From a bacterium (GTDB lineage Bacteria; RBG-13-61-14; DATKZS01): a stretch of DNA of 64,000 nucleotides. Positions 11,569 to 22,171 of the stretch are shown piece after piece. Position numbers and translations under genes: made by a program. A model generated the notes under the pieces. The model made no database searches and was not told the origin of the DNA. It saw only the letters and a program-made list of their open reading frames with translations. The DNA lies in contig CAXXFL010000005.1 in NCBI GenBank assembly GCA_963674965.2, positions 32,001 through 96,000 on the forward strand, written 5' to 3'. The first letter of the stretch is position 1. Each line of letters begins with the position of its first letter.

Positions 11569-12306
11569 TTATCGCTCCCATACTTCCTCGTAATCTCTTC
11601 CCAGGTAAGCCCTTTTAACCTCGGGGTCCCGAAGAAGCTCGCGAGCCTCGCCCTGCAAGACGACCCTTCCCACCTCGATCACGTAGCCCCTGTCCGCCAC
11701 TTGCAGGGCGGCTCGAGCGTTCTGCTCGACCAGGAGAATGGTCGAGCCCTCCTCCCTCAGGTCCTTGATGATGTCGAACACGGCGGCCACCAGCTTGGGG
11801 GCCAGTCCCATGGAGGGCTCGTCAAGGAGCAGCATCTTAGGCCTCGCCATGAGGGCCCTGGCCATGGCCAGCATTTGCTGTTCTCCGCCGGAGAGGGTGC
11901 CGGCGGCCTGTTCACTTCTTTGTCCCAGGATGGGGAAGCGCTCGAACATGCGCTCCATATCGCGGGCTATCTTTTTTTTGTCGTCCCGCCCGTGCCGTAA
12001 GTACGCCCCAAGCTGGAGGTTCTCCATGACGGTGTGGCGGGCGAATATCTTTCTTCCCTCCGGCACCTGGCAGACGCCCAGCTTGACTATTTTCTCGGGC
12101 CGAAGACCGGTGACGTCCTCGCCGCCGAACTGGACCTGTCCCGAGGTCACGCGAGCGAGACCGGAGACGGCGTTAAGAAGAGTGGTCTTGCCCGCGCCGT
12201 TGGCCCCGATCAGGGCCACCAGCTCTCCTTGCCCGACGTGGAGGGAAACCCCGTGGAGGGCCTCGATTTTCCCATAGGCGGCGCGGAGGTTTTTCAGCTT
12301 CAGCAT
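11569..12306 (-). CDS. livF: Liv-type ABC transporter ATPase (LivF-like)
   Basis: GANGAGKTT, LSGGEQQM, LLLDEPSMGLAP. Confidence 0.9.
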   Translation of the reverse strand: MLKLKNLRAAYGKIEALHGVSLHVGQGELVALIGANGAGKTTLLNAVSGLARVTSGQVQFGGEDVTGLRPEKIVKLGVCQVPEGRKIFARHTVMENLQLGAYLRHGRDDKKKIARDMERMFERFPILGQRSEQAAGTLSGGEQQMLAMARALMARPKMLLLDEPSMGLAPKLVAAVFDIIKDLREEGSTILLVEQNARAALQVADRGYVIEVGRVVLQGEARELLRDPEVKRAYLGRDYEEVWER

Positions 12307-13131
12307 CTAGTTTTCCTCCGCGCCTTGCTGCGAGGCTTCTTTCACCCCTTGTTTTTCCCGGGAAGGGGCCTCGCCCAGGTAGGCGGCGATCACCGCGGGA
12401 TCGTTCTGAATATCGCGGGGACGTCCCTCCGCGATAAGCCGTCCCTGGTCCAGGACCGAGACCCGGTCGGATATCTCCATGACCAGCCGCATGTCGTGCT
12501 CGACCAGAACGATGGTAATGCCGTCGTCCCGAAGCTCGCCGATAAGCCCGGCCAGTTTCTCGGTCTCCGAGTGGTTAAGTCCCGCCGCCGGCTCGTCCAG
12601 AAGCAGCAGTCCCGGCTCGGCCGCCAGGGCCCGGGCTATCTCGAGCGACCGCATGAGCCCGAAGGGAAGGTTCCCCGCCAGCGCGTCCTTTCTTCCTTCC
12701 AGGCCCACCCGGGCAAGGTAGGTCAGGCACTTCTCGCGAATCTTTCTTTCCTCCCGCCTTTCGTTGGGCAGCTTGAAAAGGGCCGAGAGGAAACCAGCGG
12801 AAGTCCTCGAGTGCATGCCCACCATCACGTTCTCGAAAACGGTCATGTTCTCGAAAATCCTGACGTTCTGAAAGGTCCGGGCCACGCCGGCGGCCGTGAT
12901 CTTGTGCGGCGGCAGTCCGGTCAGGTTTTTGCCCTCGTAATGGACCACGCCCTGGTTGGGAGGTATGAGCCCGCTGATGAGGTTGAACAGGGTGGTCTTG
13001 CCCGCGCCGTTGGGTCCGATCACTCCATGGACGTTTCTTTTCCTTACGATGAGGTCTACCTCGTCCACGGCGCACACGCCACCGAAGGACCGGCAAAGTC
13101 CCTGGACCTCGAGCACGGCCGGCTCGCTCAC
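12307..13131 (-). CDS. livG: Liv-type ABC transporter ATPase (LivG-like)
   Basis: GPNGAGKTT, ARTFQN, LLLDEPAAGLN. Real start is GTG at 13131, overlapping the upstream stop (GTGA). Confidence 0.9.
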   Translation of the reverse strand: MSEPAVLEVQGLCRSFGGVCAVDEVDLIVRKRNVHGVIGPNGAGKTTLFNLISGLIPPNQGVVHYEGKNLTGLPPHKITAAGVARTFQNVRIFENMTVFENVMVGMHSRTSAGFLSALFKLPNERREERKIREKCLTYLARVGLEGRKDALAGNLPFGLMRSLEIARALAAEPGLLLLDEPAAGLNHSETEKLAGLIGELRDDGITIVLVEHDMRLVMEISDRVSVLDQGRLIAEGRPRDIQNDPAVIAAYLGEAPSREKQGVKEASQQGAEEN

Positions 13132-14201
13132 GTCGCCGACTCCTTGGCGGCCTTTTTTCTTTTCGAGACCAGGTCCTTTATCGCGGCGTACCAGGCGGAC
13201 GGCATGCCGGCCAGGCCCTTGGGGGCGAACATGATGATCAGGATCAGGACGCCCCCGAACACGAGCATCTCGTACTTCTCGACCTCGGTCAAAAGGTAGG
13301 GAAGCGACGTCATAAGTCCCGAGCCCAAAACCGATCCCCACACGCTGCCCATGCCTCCCACCACCACCATTACCACCAGCTTGACCGAGTACATAAAGCC
13401 GAACCCGGTGGGCGTGACGTGAGTGATATGGTGGGCGTAGAGGCTCCCGGCCAGAGAGGCGAAAACGGCGCTCAAGGTAAACACCATGACCTTGAGACGC
13501 ATGACCGGGGCCCCGGCGGCCGCGGCGGCCATCTCGTCCTCGTGTATGGCCCTCAGGGCCCGGCCCACTCTCGAGTGGACCAGGTTGATCGAGAGGAATA
13601 AAACGGCCAGGGCCGTGCCCCACACCAGGTAATAATAGGAGTTGGTGTTGGGATCGAATTCTTTGCCGAAAACCGTAAGGTAAGGGACGCCCTTGCCGGT
13701 CGAGGCGCCGGTAAGAGGTCCTTCCTCGTTAAAGACCATCTGGATGATTATACCCAGCCCCAGGGTGGCCATGGCCAGGTAATGGCCCTTCAGCTTGAGG
13801 GTGGGAAAGCCCACGATAAAGGCAAGGAGTCCGGTAAAACAGGCGGCGATTATTATGGCCGAGAGCATGTGGGTCGAGGTGTATCCATGCAGGGACTGGG
13901 CCAGGTCCAAGGACCACGCCGGAATCCACTCGTGATCGAGTCTCAGGCTTTTCAGCCAGGCCTTGAGCGGGTTTCCCTTGTTGGTAAGGATCATGGAGAT
14001 ATAGGCCCCGAGTCCGAAGAAACCCGCGTGGCCCAGTGAAATCTGGCCCGCGTATCCCATCACCAGGTTGAGGGCCACCACCAGGATGAGGTTGATTCCG
14101 ATTCCGACCATCATGATCAGGTAGTACTCGTTGGCGACCAGGCGGGGCAGGACGAGGGTCAGGACCGCCAGCGCGGCGAGCAGAAGATAGTCGCGCCTCA
14201 C
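13128..14201 (-). CDS. livM: Liv-type ABC permease (LivM-like)
   Basis: GYAGQISLGHAGFFGLGAY, LKGHYLAMATL. GTG start at 14201 after AGGAGG. Confidence 0.88.
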   Translation of the reverse strand: MRRDYLLLAALAVLTLVLPRLVANEYYLIMMVGIGINLILVVALNLVMGYAGQISLGHAGFFGLGAYISMILTNKGNPLKAWLKSLRLDHEWIPAWSLDLAQSLHGYTSTHMLSAIIIAACFTGLLAFIVGFPTLKLKGHYLAMATLGLGIIIQMVFNEEGPLTGASTGKGVPYLTVFGKEFDPNTNSYYYLVWGTALAVLFLSINLVHSRVGRALRAIHEDEMAAAAAGAPVMRLKVMVFTLSAVFASLAGSLYAHHITHVTPTGFGFMYSVKLVVMVVVGGMGSVWGSVLGSGLMTSLPYLLTEVEKYEMLVFGGVLILIIMFAPKGLAGMPSAWYAAIKDLVSKRKKAAKESAT

Positions 14202-14211
14202 CCCGGTCCTC

Positions 14212-15279
14212 CTAGGCCCTGTCCACCGCTTTGGGTCCCAGGAGACCCTGCGGGCGGAGGAAGAGCATTCCCAGCATGACCAGGAAGGCGAAGGCGTCCA
14301 TGTATCCACTCGAGATATGCTGGCCGAACATGGACTCGAGGACCCCGATGGCCAGGCCCCCGATGACGGCGCCGGGTATCGAGTCTATGCCGCCCAGGAT
14401 GGCGGCGCAGAACCCCTTGAGGCCCAGCATGGTCCCGATCTGATACTCGGTGAAAACGAGGGGCGTGATAACCACTCCGGCCATCGAGCCCAAGAGGCCC
14501 GAGAAGGCGAAGGTAACGAGCGACATTTTGGCCACGTCTATTCCCATGAGGGAAGCCGTGGCGGGGTCGTGGGCGCAGGCGCGGAGGGCCTTTCCCGTGA
14601 CGGTCCTTTTATAGAACTGGTACAGGAAGATCACGGACAGGACCATAAGGCCCATGACCCAAAGGTTCTGGGGCGCCACGCGGAGACCATGGAAAACCAG
14701 CGGGTCCTCGCCCGAGAAGGCCGGGAGAGGGCGGGGGTTTTTACCCCAGATAAGGCTCGCCAGTCCCTTCAGAAAAATGGACGCCCCGATGGTGATGATG
14801 ATCATGTTGATGGTCGAGGGGGCCTCCCTGGGGAGCTTCACGCCCTTTTCCATGAGTCCCCACATTCCAGCGGCCAGCGCGGCGGCGATAACCAGGGAGA
14901 GGGCCGGTCCGAGATGGAACGCCTCGTGAAGGACCATGGCCGCAAGTCCCGCTATAAGTCCGTAATGTATCCAGGAGCGTCCCGTCACCGCGTACCGGGT
15001 CAGCCCCCCGACGACGGTCACGAGGGCCACCGAGCCGGCGACGGTAAGGGGCATGGCGGCCCAGGCCCAGTCGGCGGAAAAGGCCGGAGACCCGGAAAGG
15101 ATCGCGTAAAGGGAGACGGCGATCATGCCGCCGAGCATGACGAACTCTCCCTGGGCGAAGTTGATGATATCGGTGGTGTTGTAAATCACGGTGAAGCCCA
15201 AGGCCACCAGGGCGTAGATGCTGCCTCGGGTCAGCCCGAACATGAGGGGCGATAAAATCTGGTCGACGATAAATTCCAC
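14212..15279 (-). CDS. livH: Liv-type ABC permease (LivH-like)
   Basis: YALVALGFTVIY...INFAQGEF, LKGFCAAILGG, RPQGLLG. Confidence 0.88.
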   Translation of the reverse strand: MEFIVDQILSPLMFGLTRGSIYALVALGFTVIYNTTDIINFAQGEFVMLGGMIAVSLYAILSGSPAFSADWAWAAMPLTVAGSVALVTVVGGLTRYAVTGRSWIHYGLIAGLAAMVLHEAFHLGPALSLVIAAALAAGMWGLMEKGVKLPREAPSTINMIIITIGASIFLKGLASLIWGKNPRPLPAFSGEDPLVFHGLRVAPQNLWVMGLMVLSVIFLYQFYKRTVTGKALRACAHDPATASLMGIDVAKMSLVTFAFSGLLGSMAGVVITPLVFTEYQIGTMLGLKGFCAAILGGIDSIPGAVIGGLAIGVLESMFGQHISSGYMDAFAFLVMLGMLFLRPQGLLGPKAVDRA

Positions 15280-15357
15280 AAAGTCCTCAAAAACCGCGGC
15301 GCTCGGGACGCTCGAGCCATGCCTTGATCTCGCGCGGCGCCGCGCCGATCCGGACGC

Positions 15358-15392
15358 GGCGAGAGGCCCGGGATCGACCCAAGCCTCTCGCC
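15358..15392. other. Intergenic stem-loop downstream of the substrate-binding protein gene
   Basis: GGCGAGAGGC ... GCCTCTCGCC, a perfect 10 bp inverted repeat. Confidence 0.55.
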
Positions 15393-15442
15393 TGCCGTAA
15401 TATTATGGGGCAGTTCCCCCGCCTATTCAAGAAAAGAGAAGG

Positions 15443-16633
15443 TTAGGGAATGACCTTCCAGTCCTTGTTCTCGATTTTGACCATCACGAAGGCGTCCTTG
15501 GTCAGGCCGTTGTGGTCGGCCGGGCTCATGTTGAAAACGCCTCCGGTGCCCACGAAGCCCTGGATTTTCTCGAGCTCGTCCCGGATTTTGGCCGGGTCGT
15601 CGCTTCCGGCCTTCTCGATGGCCATTTTGACCAGCATGAAGGCGTCGTAGCCGTGGCCGCCGAAGGTGCTGACCGGGCTGTTATACTTGCCCTCGTAGTC
15701 GGTCTTGTACTTGATCAGCATGGACTTCTGCGGGTGCGAGTCGGGAAGCTGATCGGCAACTATGAGTCCGCCGGCGGGCAGAATCTGGCCGTCGGCCGCG
15801 TCGCCGCAAAGCTCGATGAAAGCCTTGGTGGCCACGCCGTGGCTCTGGACCAAAAGCTCGGTCAGACCCAGCTCCTTGGCGTTCTTGGCCACGATCGCGG
15901 GCGGCTTTTGCACGGCCCATACCACGATGGCGTCGCCCTTCTCGCCCTTGATCTTGGTAAGCTGGCTTTTCATGTCCACGTCATCGGGCTTGAACTTTTC
16001 CTTGGCCGCGACCTCGATGCCGTAGTTGGGAGCGAGCCTTACCAGTTCCTCCAGCCCGGAGTCGCCGTAGCCGTTGGACACGGTCATAAGGGATATCTTT
16101 TTAACGTCGTTCTTGTTGAAGTACTCGTAGATTTTCTCGACCGCCATCGAGTCGGACTGGGGGGTCTTGAAAATCCACTCGCGGGCCTTGCCCTCCTCGT
16201 CGGTGACGATCTTGTAGCTGGCCGCGCAGGACACGTTGGGTATTTTGGCGTTGCTTACCTTGTCGATGATGGCCATCGAGTTCCCCGACGTGGTCGGTCC
16301 GAGGATGGCGCACACCTTGTCGCTGGAGATGAGCTTTTGCACCAGGGTCACGGCCTTGGCCGCGTCGCCCTCGTCGTCGTAAATGACGACCTCGACCGGA
16401 CGGCCGAGGATACCGCCGGAGGCGTTAACCTGCTCGACCAGCATCTCGACCGTCTGCTTCTCGGGAAGGCCCAGGGAGCTGGCGCCGCCGGTGACGGCGA
16501 AGATGGCGCCGATCTTGATCGGATCGCCGGTGGGGGCCGCCTTGGCGTCATCGGACTGGGCCAGGTGGCCGAAGCCCATTGAAAGGCCCAATACGATCGC
16601 CAGGGCCAGGGCGATTAAGCTAAGTTTCTTCAT
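15443..16633 (-). CDS. ABC transporter substrate-binding protein (Leu/Ile/Val-binding family, possibly aromatic acids)
   Basis: Signal peptide; PIKIGAIFAVTG, INASGG-like motif, YDDEGD, GYDA. Confidence 0.9.
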   Translation of the reverse strand: MKKLSLIALALAIVLGLSMGFGHLAQSDDAKAAPTGDPIKIGAIFAVTGGASSLGLPEKQTVEMLVEQVNASGGILGRPVEVVIYDDEGDAAKAVTLVQKLISSDKVCAILGPTTSGNSMAIIDKVSNAKIPNVSCAASYKIVTDEEGKAREWIFKTPQSDSMAVEKIYEYFNKNDVKKISLMTVSNGYGDSGLEELVRLAPNYGIEVAAKEKFKPDDVDMKSQLTKIKGEKGDAIVVWAVQKPPAIVAKNAKELGLTELLVQSHGVATKAFIELCGDAADGQILPAGGLIVADQLPDSHPQKSMLIKYKTDYEGKYNSPVSTFGGHGYDAFMLVKMAIEKAGSDDPAKIRDELEKIQGFVGTGGVFNMSPADHNGLTKDAFVMVKIENKDWKVIP

Positions 16634-16662
16634 AAATAGTTCCTCCTCGCGCTGAGAATGGA

Positions 16663-16691
16663 AACCGGCGGGCCGAAAGGCGCCCGCCGGT
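16663..16691. other. Intergenic stem-loop between porin and substrate-binding protein genes
   Basis: ACCGGCGGGC ... GCCCGCCGGT inverted repeat. Confidence 0.55.
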
Positions 16692-16706
16692 CCGGATGAC
16701 GGTTAA

Positions 16707-18071
16707 TTAAAAGATGTACCAGAAGCTCATGGTGTAACGGTCGACCAAACCGTTCTGGAGGTTGGGCACCGCGCCGACCATGGCGTCGTCGCGTCCATCG
16801 GCGAGGTCGTACTCGGTCACAACCTGCATCCACTCGAGGCTGATCATGGTCGAGGGGCTCACGCTGTAGTACATGTTCGCGTAGTACATGTAGTTCCTGG
16901 TGATGGCGGTGTTGGCGTCCTTGTTGGCGTAGCCGGGCTCGATGATGCCGTTCTTGATCTGGTCGTCGTCAACGTCGTCCATGCCCATTCCGCCGTAAAG
17001 CTTGAGGTCGTCCATGGGCTTGACCATGACCTCGGCCCAGAAACCGGTGGCCTCGATGGCCTCGATCTCGCCATTGCCGTAGTCCTTGTAGTCGGCTATC
17101 TGTTTCCAGGTGTGGACCCATCCGGAACCCTGGGCGCCGGTGTACCATCCGTCCAGGTTCGCGCCCTGCCAGTACTCGCCCGAGACCGCGACCATATCGC
17201 CGATGGGCACGACGGCGTGGACGTTCATGGACCAGCTTTCGACCCTCTCGCCGTAATGCCCGAAGTAGGGCACGGTCGCGGTGGAGCCGTCCAGGTAGGT
17301 GCCGCGGAAGGACATGACTTCCTCCTCGCCGTAGTGGCCGGTCACGCCGACGTTGTAACCTTCCTTCTTGAAGGTGATGCCGCCCTCGATGGCGGGCACG
17401 CCGGCGGCGCGGCCGGAGTCGATGTCAAGGGCCTCGACGTCGCCCATTTTGTTGGTGGCCGCCACCTGCAGGATAAGGCTCTTGTCCATGAGGTATCCGG
17501 TCAGCCTGATCTGGGGGGTCCTGTAACCGAGGTTGCCCGCGTCCGCCCCGTAGGGGTAGTTATTAACGTGGGGGAAAATGGGGGACATGACCATCCACTC
17601 GTTGCCGGCCAGCACGCTCCAGTTATCGCCCATGATCTCGACGAAGGCCCTGCGTAGCATGAGGTTGCCCTTGTTCTCCTCGACGTCCTGGTTGCCGGCC
17701 GCGCTGCGCGCCGGAAGGCCGCCGTAGAAGTCGGCCTCGATGCAGCCCTTGGTGGTGATGCCCGAGTCCGTCGGCGGCGTGGTGATCATGAAGCCGAAAC
17801 GCGACTGGCGGGCGGTCATGTGGAAAGAGTCCCGGTCGGGATTGAGCAGCTCCTTGTTGTCCTTGGGCGGAGCGAGACCGGCCAGGTTGGAGGGCGGGGC
17901 ATAGAGCAGGAAGTCGTCCATGATCCCGTAACCCATCTGATACACGGCGTCCAACTTGATATAGCCGTAGAAATCGACGTCATACTTGGAGTTGACGTCG
18001 CCGGCGACGGCCGCTCCCGCGAACCCCGCCATAATTACCAGTGCCAAAGTTAAAATTAGCCCTTTCTTCAT
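16707..18071 (-). CDS. Outer-membrane porin, DcaP-like
   Basis: Signal peptide (MKKGLIL..., AAGGAGG RBS); FYGYIKLDA, TARQSRFG, EADFYG, LRRAF; C-terminal aromatic residue (FWYIF). Confidence 0.75.
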   Translation of the reverse strand: MKKGLILTLALVIMAGFAGAAVAGDVNSKYDVDFYGYIKLDAVYQMGYGIMDDFLLYAPPSNLAGLAPPKDNKELLNPDRDSFHMTARQSRFGFMITTPPTDSGITTKGCIEADFYGGLPARSAAGNQDVEENKGNLMLRRAFVEIMGDNWSVLAGNEWMVMSPIFPHVNNYPYGADAGNLGYRTPQIRLTGYLMDKSLILQVAATNKMGDVEALDIDSGRAAGVPAIEGGITFKKEGYNVGVTGHYGEEEVMSFRGTYLDGSTATVPYFGHYGERVESWSMNVHAVVPIGDMVAVSGEYWQGANLDGWYTGAQGSGWVHTWKQIADYKDYGNGEIEAIEATGFWAEVMVKPMDDLKLYGGMGMDDVDDDQIKNGIIEPGYANKDANTAITRNYMYYANMYYSVSPSTMISLEWMQVVTEYDLADGRDDAMVGAVPNLQNGLVDRYTMSFWYIF

Positions 18072-18193
18072 TTCCTTACTGCCTCCTTCGTTTAAATAAT
18101 GCCATATTGTATGGTCCACGTACCGTTACTTTGTTCGAGTTGCAAACCCAAGTCAAATATTCCCTCAGCCATCTATGTCTAACGGCGCTCCGG

Positions 18194-18215
18194 GAAAGAC
18201 GGATTCCCGTCTTTC
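18194..18215 (-). terminator. Hairpin after paaK, putative terminator
   Basis: GAAAGACGG-ATTC-CCGTCTTTC. Confidence 0.55.
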
Positions 18216-18227
18216 TTGCGGGCCTGA

Positions 18228-19553
18228 TTATATTTTCCGGTTGTCGATGACCCTTTGCGCTTTCCCCTCGAAGCGCTGTATCGAGCGGGGCTCGACCAGC
18301 TTGACCCTGGCGCTGACCTGGTAGAGGTCCCTGATTTCCTTGCTGATCCGGTCCTGGAGCAACTGCAGTCCCTGGACCTCGTCGCTCATGACCTTCTCAC
18401 CCACCTCGACCCTTATCTCGAGGCTGTCCAGGTTGTCCTTTCTGTCCACGATTATCTGGTAATGGGGCTCGACCCCCTCGACGCGCATGAGGACTTCCTC
18501 GATCTGGGAGGGAAAAAGGTTGACCCCCCTGATGATTAGCATGTCGTCCGAGCGTCCCATTACCTTCTCGATCCTTTTCAGGGTCCTGCCGCACCGGCAC
18601 TCGCCGGGAATGAACCTTGTAACGTCCCGGGTGCGATACCTTATTAGAGGAAAAGCCTCTTTATGGATGGTGGTTACGACCAGCTCGCCCTTCTCTCCCT
18701 CGGGCACGGGCTCGAGGGTCTCGGGGTCGATGATCTCGAAGATGAAGCAATCCTCGAAGGCGTGGAGGCCGTTCTTGAAAAGGCATTCCCCGGCCACGCC
18801 CGGGCCCATGACCTCGGACAGGCCGTAGTTGTCCGTGGCGACCACGGGCAGTCGGGACTCGATCTTGTCCCTCATTTCCTCGGACCAGGCCTCGGCGCCG
18901 AAAAGGCCCCACCGAAGGGAAAGGCTTTTGGCCTCGACTCCCAGCTCGGCCATGACGTCGGCCAGGTAAAGGGCGTAACTGGGGGTACAGACCAGGGCCG
19001 TGGTCTTGTAGTCCTGCATTATGAGAATCTGCTTTTTGCTGTTGCCGCTGGACATGGGAATAACGGAGGCCCCGACCTTTTCCGCCCCGTAATGCAGCCC
19101 GAAGGCGCCCGTGAACATGCCGTAACCGAAGGCAATCTGGACCACGTCCTCCTCGGTCACGCCGCCCATGGTAAGGAACCTGGCCACCAGCTCCGACCAG
19201 GTATCGAGGTCGTTTTTGGTGTATCCCACCACGGTCGGCTTTCCCGTGGTGCCGCTGGAGGAGTGGATTCTGACCACGTCCCTCAACGGGACCGCGAACA
19301 TCCCGTATGGGTAGCTGTCGCGGAGGTCGGCCTTGGTGGTAAAGGGAAGCCTGGAAAGATCGGACAGGTCCCGAACGTCATCCGGGGAGACGCCGTGCTT
19401 CTCGAATGAGCGGCGGTAAAAGGTCACGTTCCTGGCCACGCGATGCAGGGTGGACTGGAGCCTCTCGAGCTGAAGCTGTCTGAGTTCCTCCACCGGCATG
19501 GTCTCGTAACGAGGGTTCCAAATCCGATGATGTTCCGATCTTGTCTGGGCCAC
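18228..19553 (-). CDS. paaK: Phenylacetate--CoA ligase family protein (copy 2)
   Basis: [41 protein letters not shown]. Confidence 0.9.
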   Translation of the reverse strand: MAQTRSEHHRIWNPRYETMPVEELRQLQLERLQSTLHRVARNVTFYRRSFEKHGVSPDDVRDLSDLSRLPFTTKADLRDSYPYGMFAVPLRDVVRIHSSSGTTGKPTVVGYTKNDLDTWSELVARFLTMGGVTEEDVVQIAFGYGMFTGAFGLHYGAEKVGASVIPMSSGNSKKQILIMQDYKTTALVCTPSYALYLADVMAELGVEAKSLSLRWGLFGAEAWSEEMRDKIESRLPVVATDNYGLSEVMGPGVAGECLFKNGLHAFEDCFIFEIIDPETLEPVPEGEKGELVVTTIHKEAFPLIRYRTRDVTRFIPGECRCGRTLKRIEKVMGRSDDMLIIRGVNLFPSQIEEVLMRVEGVEPHYQIIVDRKDNLDSLEIRVEVGEKVMSDEVQGLQLLQDRISKEIRDLYQVSARVKLVEPRSIQRFEGKAQRVIDNRKI

Positions 19554-19583
19554 TACTTCACCCGTTTTCCACGAATTTGACGT

Positions 19584-19612
19584 ATTCTATTGGCCTCCGG
19601 ATCGTTTGTCAA
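19584..19612 (-). promoter_or_regulatory. Sigma70-type promoter for paaK copy 2
   Basis: Minus strand TTGACA (19612-19607), 17 bp spacer, TAGAAT (19589-19584). Confidence 0.7.
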
Positions 19613-19646
19613 CAATCCGGAGGCGTCCGGCGATTCTGGCGCCGGC

Positions 19647-20084
19647 CTAATTCTCGAGGCCCGCCACCTCGGCGTTGGAAAGGACTTTAACGTCCGTTCC
19701 GGAAAGGGCCTGGATGGCCTTGTCGGCCCCGTCGAAGCGGAAGACCAGTATGGCCGCGTCGGCTTTCTTGGCCACGAAGGCGTACATGTACTCGACGTTA
19801 ATCCCGGCCTTGGTGAAGGTGTCGAGGACCTTGCCCAGCGCCCCGGGCTTGTTGGGCACCTCGATGGCCAGGACGTTGGTGGTCATGACGGTAAAGCCCG
19901 CGTCCTTGAGGGCCTTCATGCCCGCGTCGGGATCGGCGACGATCATCCTGACCACTCCGAACTCCCTGGTCTCGGCTATGGTCATGGCCATAATGTTTAT
20001 TCCCGCGTCGCCTAAAGTCTTGGCCACCGCGGCCAGCCTTCCGGGCTGGTTCTCAACGAACACCGACAACTGCTTGAATTTCAT
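19647..20084 (-). CDS. Tandem ACT-domain protein
   Basis: QLSVFVENQPGRL and EVPNKPGALG...GINVEYMY; usual neighbour of paaK/ior. Confidence 0.9.
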   Translation of the reverse strand: MKFKQLSVFVENQPGRLAAVAKTLGDAGINIMAMTIAETREFGVVRMIVADPDAGMKALKDAGFTVMTTNVLAIEVPNKPGALGKVLDTFTKAGINVEYMYAFVAKKADAAILVFRFDGADKAIQALSGTDVKVLSNAEVAGLEN

Positions 20085-20117
20085 CGGAACCTCCTCCTTA
20101 GTTCCCGGTTATTACCG

Positions 20118-21416
20118 TCAAATCTTTCGCCTGTCCTCGACCCGCTTGGCCTTGCCCTCGCTGCGGGCTATCGTCCGAGGCTCGACAAGCTTGACCTTGG
20201 CCGAGACGCCAAGGTAATCCTTGATGTCGTGTCTGATCTTGTTGGCGAGGGAATCGAGTTCCTTCATCTCGTCGGAGAAGAGCTTCTCGCTCATCTCGAT
20301 CTGGACCTCCATGGTGTCCATGCTGCCCTCGCGGTCAACTATTATCATGTAATGCGGCTCGAGGCCCTCGACCTCGAGCAGCACGTGCTCGATCTGGCTG
20401 GGGAAAACGTTGACGCCGCGAATGATGAGCATGTCGTCCGTTCGTCCCGTCACCCTCTCCATGCGGGCCATGCACCGGCCGCAGGCGCATTTGTCGATAT
20501 TGAGCCTGCTTATGTCCTTGGTCCGGTACCTTATGAGGGGGAAAGCCTCCTTGGTCAAGGTCGTGAACACCAACTCGCCCGGATCGCCGGGGGCCACCAC
20601 CTCGCCCGTCTCGGGATTGATGGTCTCGACCAGGAAATGGTCCTCATAAACGTGGGGAGAAGCCTGGGCCTCGATGCACTCGCAGGAAACGCCCGGACCC
20701 ATGACCTCGGAAAGACCGTAGATATCGATGGCCTTTACGTTCATGCGGCGCTCGATCTCGGAGCGCATGTTCTCGCTCCAGGGCTCGGCGCCGAACACGC
20801 CCACCTTGAGGCTCAGACTTTTAAAGTCCACGCCCATCTTCTCGCCCACCTCGGCCAGGTTGAGGGCGTAGCTGGGAGTGCAGCAGATAACGTCGGGCTT
20901 AAAATCCTGGATGAGCATGATCTGGCGCTGGGTCTGGCCGCCCGAGACCGGGACCACGGTGGCGCCCAGTTTCTCGGCCCCGTAATGGGCCCCCAGGCCG
21001 CCGGTGAAAAGCCCGTAGCCGTAGCCGTTGTGGATGATGCTTTTCGAGGTCGCCCCGGCCGAGGCCAGCGACCTGGCCATAAGCTCTCCCCAGGTGTCGA
21101 TGTCCTTCTTCGTATAGCCCACCACCGTGGGTTTGCCGGTGGTCCCCGAACTGGCGTGGACCCTGACGACCTCTTCCATGGGCACGGCGAACATGCCGAA
21201 GGGGTAATTGTCGCGAAGGTCCTGCTTGACCGTGAAGGGGAACCTGGAAAGGTCGGAAAGCCTCGTAAGGTCCGACGGCTTCACTCCCGCGTCGTCAAAG
21301 GACTTTTTATAAAAGGGGACCTTGTCGTAAACCCGCTGGAGAAGCGGCTTAAGACGCTCGAGCTGAAGCTCCTCGATTTGTTCTCTCGAATACTTTTCCT
21401 CCTTGTGCCTGATCAA
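20118..21416 (-). CDS. paaK: Phenylacetate--CoA ligase family protein (copy 1)
   Basis: [43 protein letters not shown] before TTG. Confidence 0.92.
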   Translation of the reverse strand: MIRHKEEKYSREQIEELQLERLKPLLQRVYDKVPFYKKSFDDAGVKPSDLTRLSDLSRFPFTVKQDLRDNYPFGMFAVPMEEVVRVHASSGTTGKPTVVGYTKKDIDTWGELMARSLASAGATSKSIIHNGYGYGLFTGGLGAHYGAEKLGATVVPVSGGQTQRQIMLIQDFKPDVICCTPSYALNLAEVGEKMGVDFKSLSLKVGVFGAEPWSENMRSEIERRMNVKAIDIYGLSEVMGPGVSCECIEAQASPHVYEDHFLVETINPETGEVVAPGDPGELVFTTLTKEAFPLIRYRTKDISRLNIDKCACGRCMARMERVTGRTDDMLIIRGVNVFPSQIEHVLLEVEGLEPHYMIIVDREGSMDTMEVQIEMSEKLFSDEMKELDSLANKIRHDIKDYLGVSAKVKLVEPRTIARSEGKAKRVEDRRKI

Positions 21417-21547
21417 AAGCCCATCCTCCTTTCTTTTCGCCGGCCGGGCCTTGCGCGTCCGGCCTTAATCGAACCTCCTCCGCCTCAGGCCGGCCTGGCC
21501 GGACCCGGCGGAGAAAGGGCAAGTCAATAATAAAACGCCGCTTCCTC

Positions 21548-22126
21548 TCAGGCGGCGGCGTCTTTGCCCATTTTAAAGGCCACAAGGTTGACCTCGACGA
21601 CCTTTTTGGGGACTTCCTCCTTGAGTATCTCGAGCCAGTGGTCGTCCTTGAATGGCAGCAGGGCGCTCAGGGCCCCTAATAGAACCACGGTGGCCGTCTT
21701 CGGGTTTCCGGCCTCCCTGGCTATTTTCAGGCAATCCACCCCGATGGCCTGGGGGTCGCGCTCCCTCACCTTGCATAGTATCCCCGCGGGATACTCCTGT
21801 TGCCCCCTCGATACGGAGGGGGGAGGTATTTGCTGCAGGTTGAAGGCCACTCTGCCGCCGTCCTTGAGGAGGTGCAGATACCTCAGGCACTCGAGGGCCT
21901 CGGAGGCCATGAGGATATCCGACTCGCCGTCGGGGATTAAGGGCGAGTGGACCTTGTCCCCGAACCGGACGTGGCTCGTGACCGAGCCGCCCCGCTGGGC
22001 CATGCCGTGCACGTCGCTCTTTTTAACGTCCATGCCGCTTTCGGCCGCTATGCGGGCCATTACCTCGCTGGCCAGGATGATTCCCTGGCCCCCTACTCCG
22101 GCCATCAATACGTTGGTTACCGTCAT
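21548..22126 (-). CDS. iorB: Indolepyruvate:ferredoxin oxidoreductase beta subunit
   Basis: GVGGQGIILAS, HGMAQRGGSV. Confidence 0.92.
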   Translation of the reverse strand: MTVTNVLMAGVGGQGIILASEVMARIAAESGMDVKKSDVHGMAQRGGSVTSHVRFGDKVHSPLIPDGESDILMASEALECLRYLHLLKDGGRVAFNLQQIPPPSVSRGQQEYPAGILCKVRERDPQAIGVDCLKIAREAGNPKTATVVLLGALSALLPFKDDHWLEILKEEVPKKVVEVNLVAFKMGKDAAA

Positions 22127-22171
22127 TTATCTTTCCCATAACCGGCGAGGAATTTGCCCCGCCGCGTTTAA

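Noticed and set aside
13132-13623. N-terminal extensions in the ORF track for livG (also livM, dxs, GT4, radical SAM, giant protein)
   Set aside because: They overlap upstream genes or lack an RBS; downstream starts with an RBS or stop/start coupling fit better.
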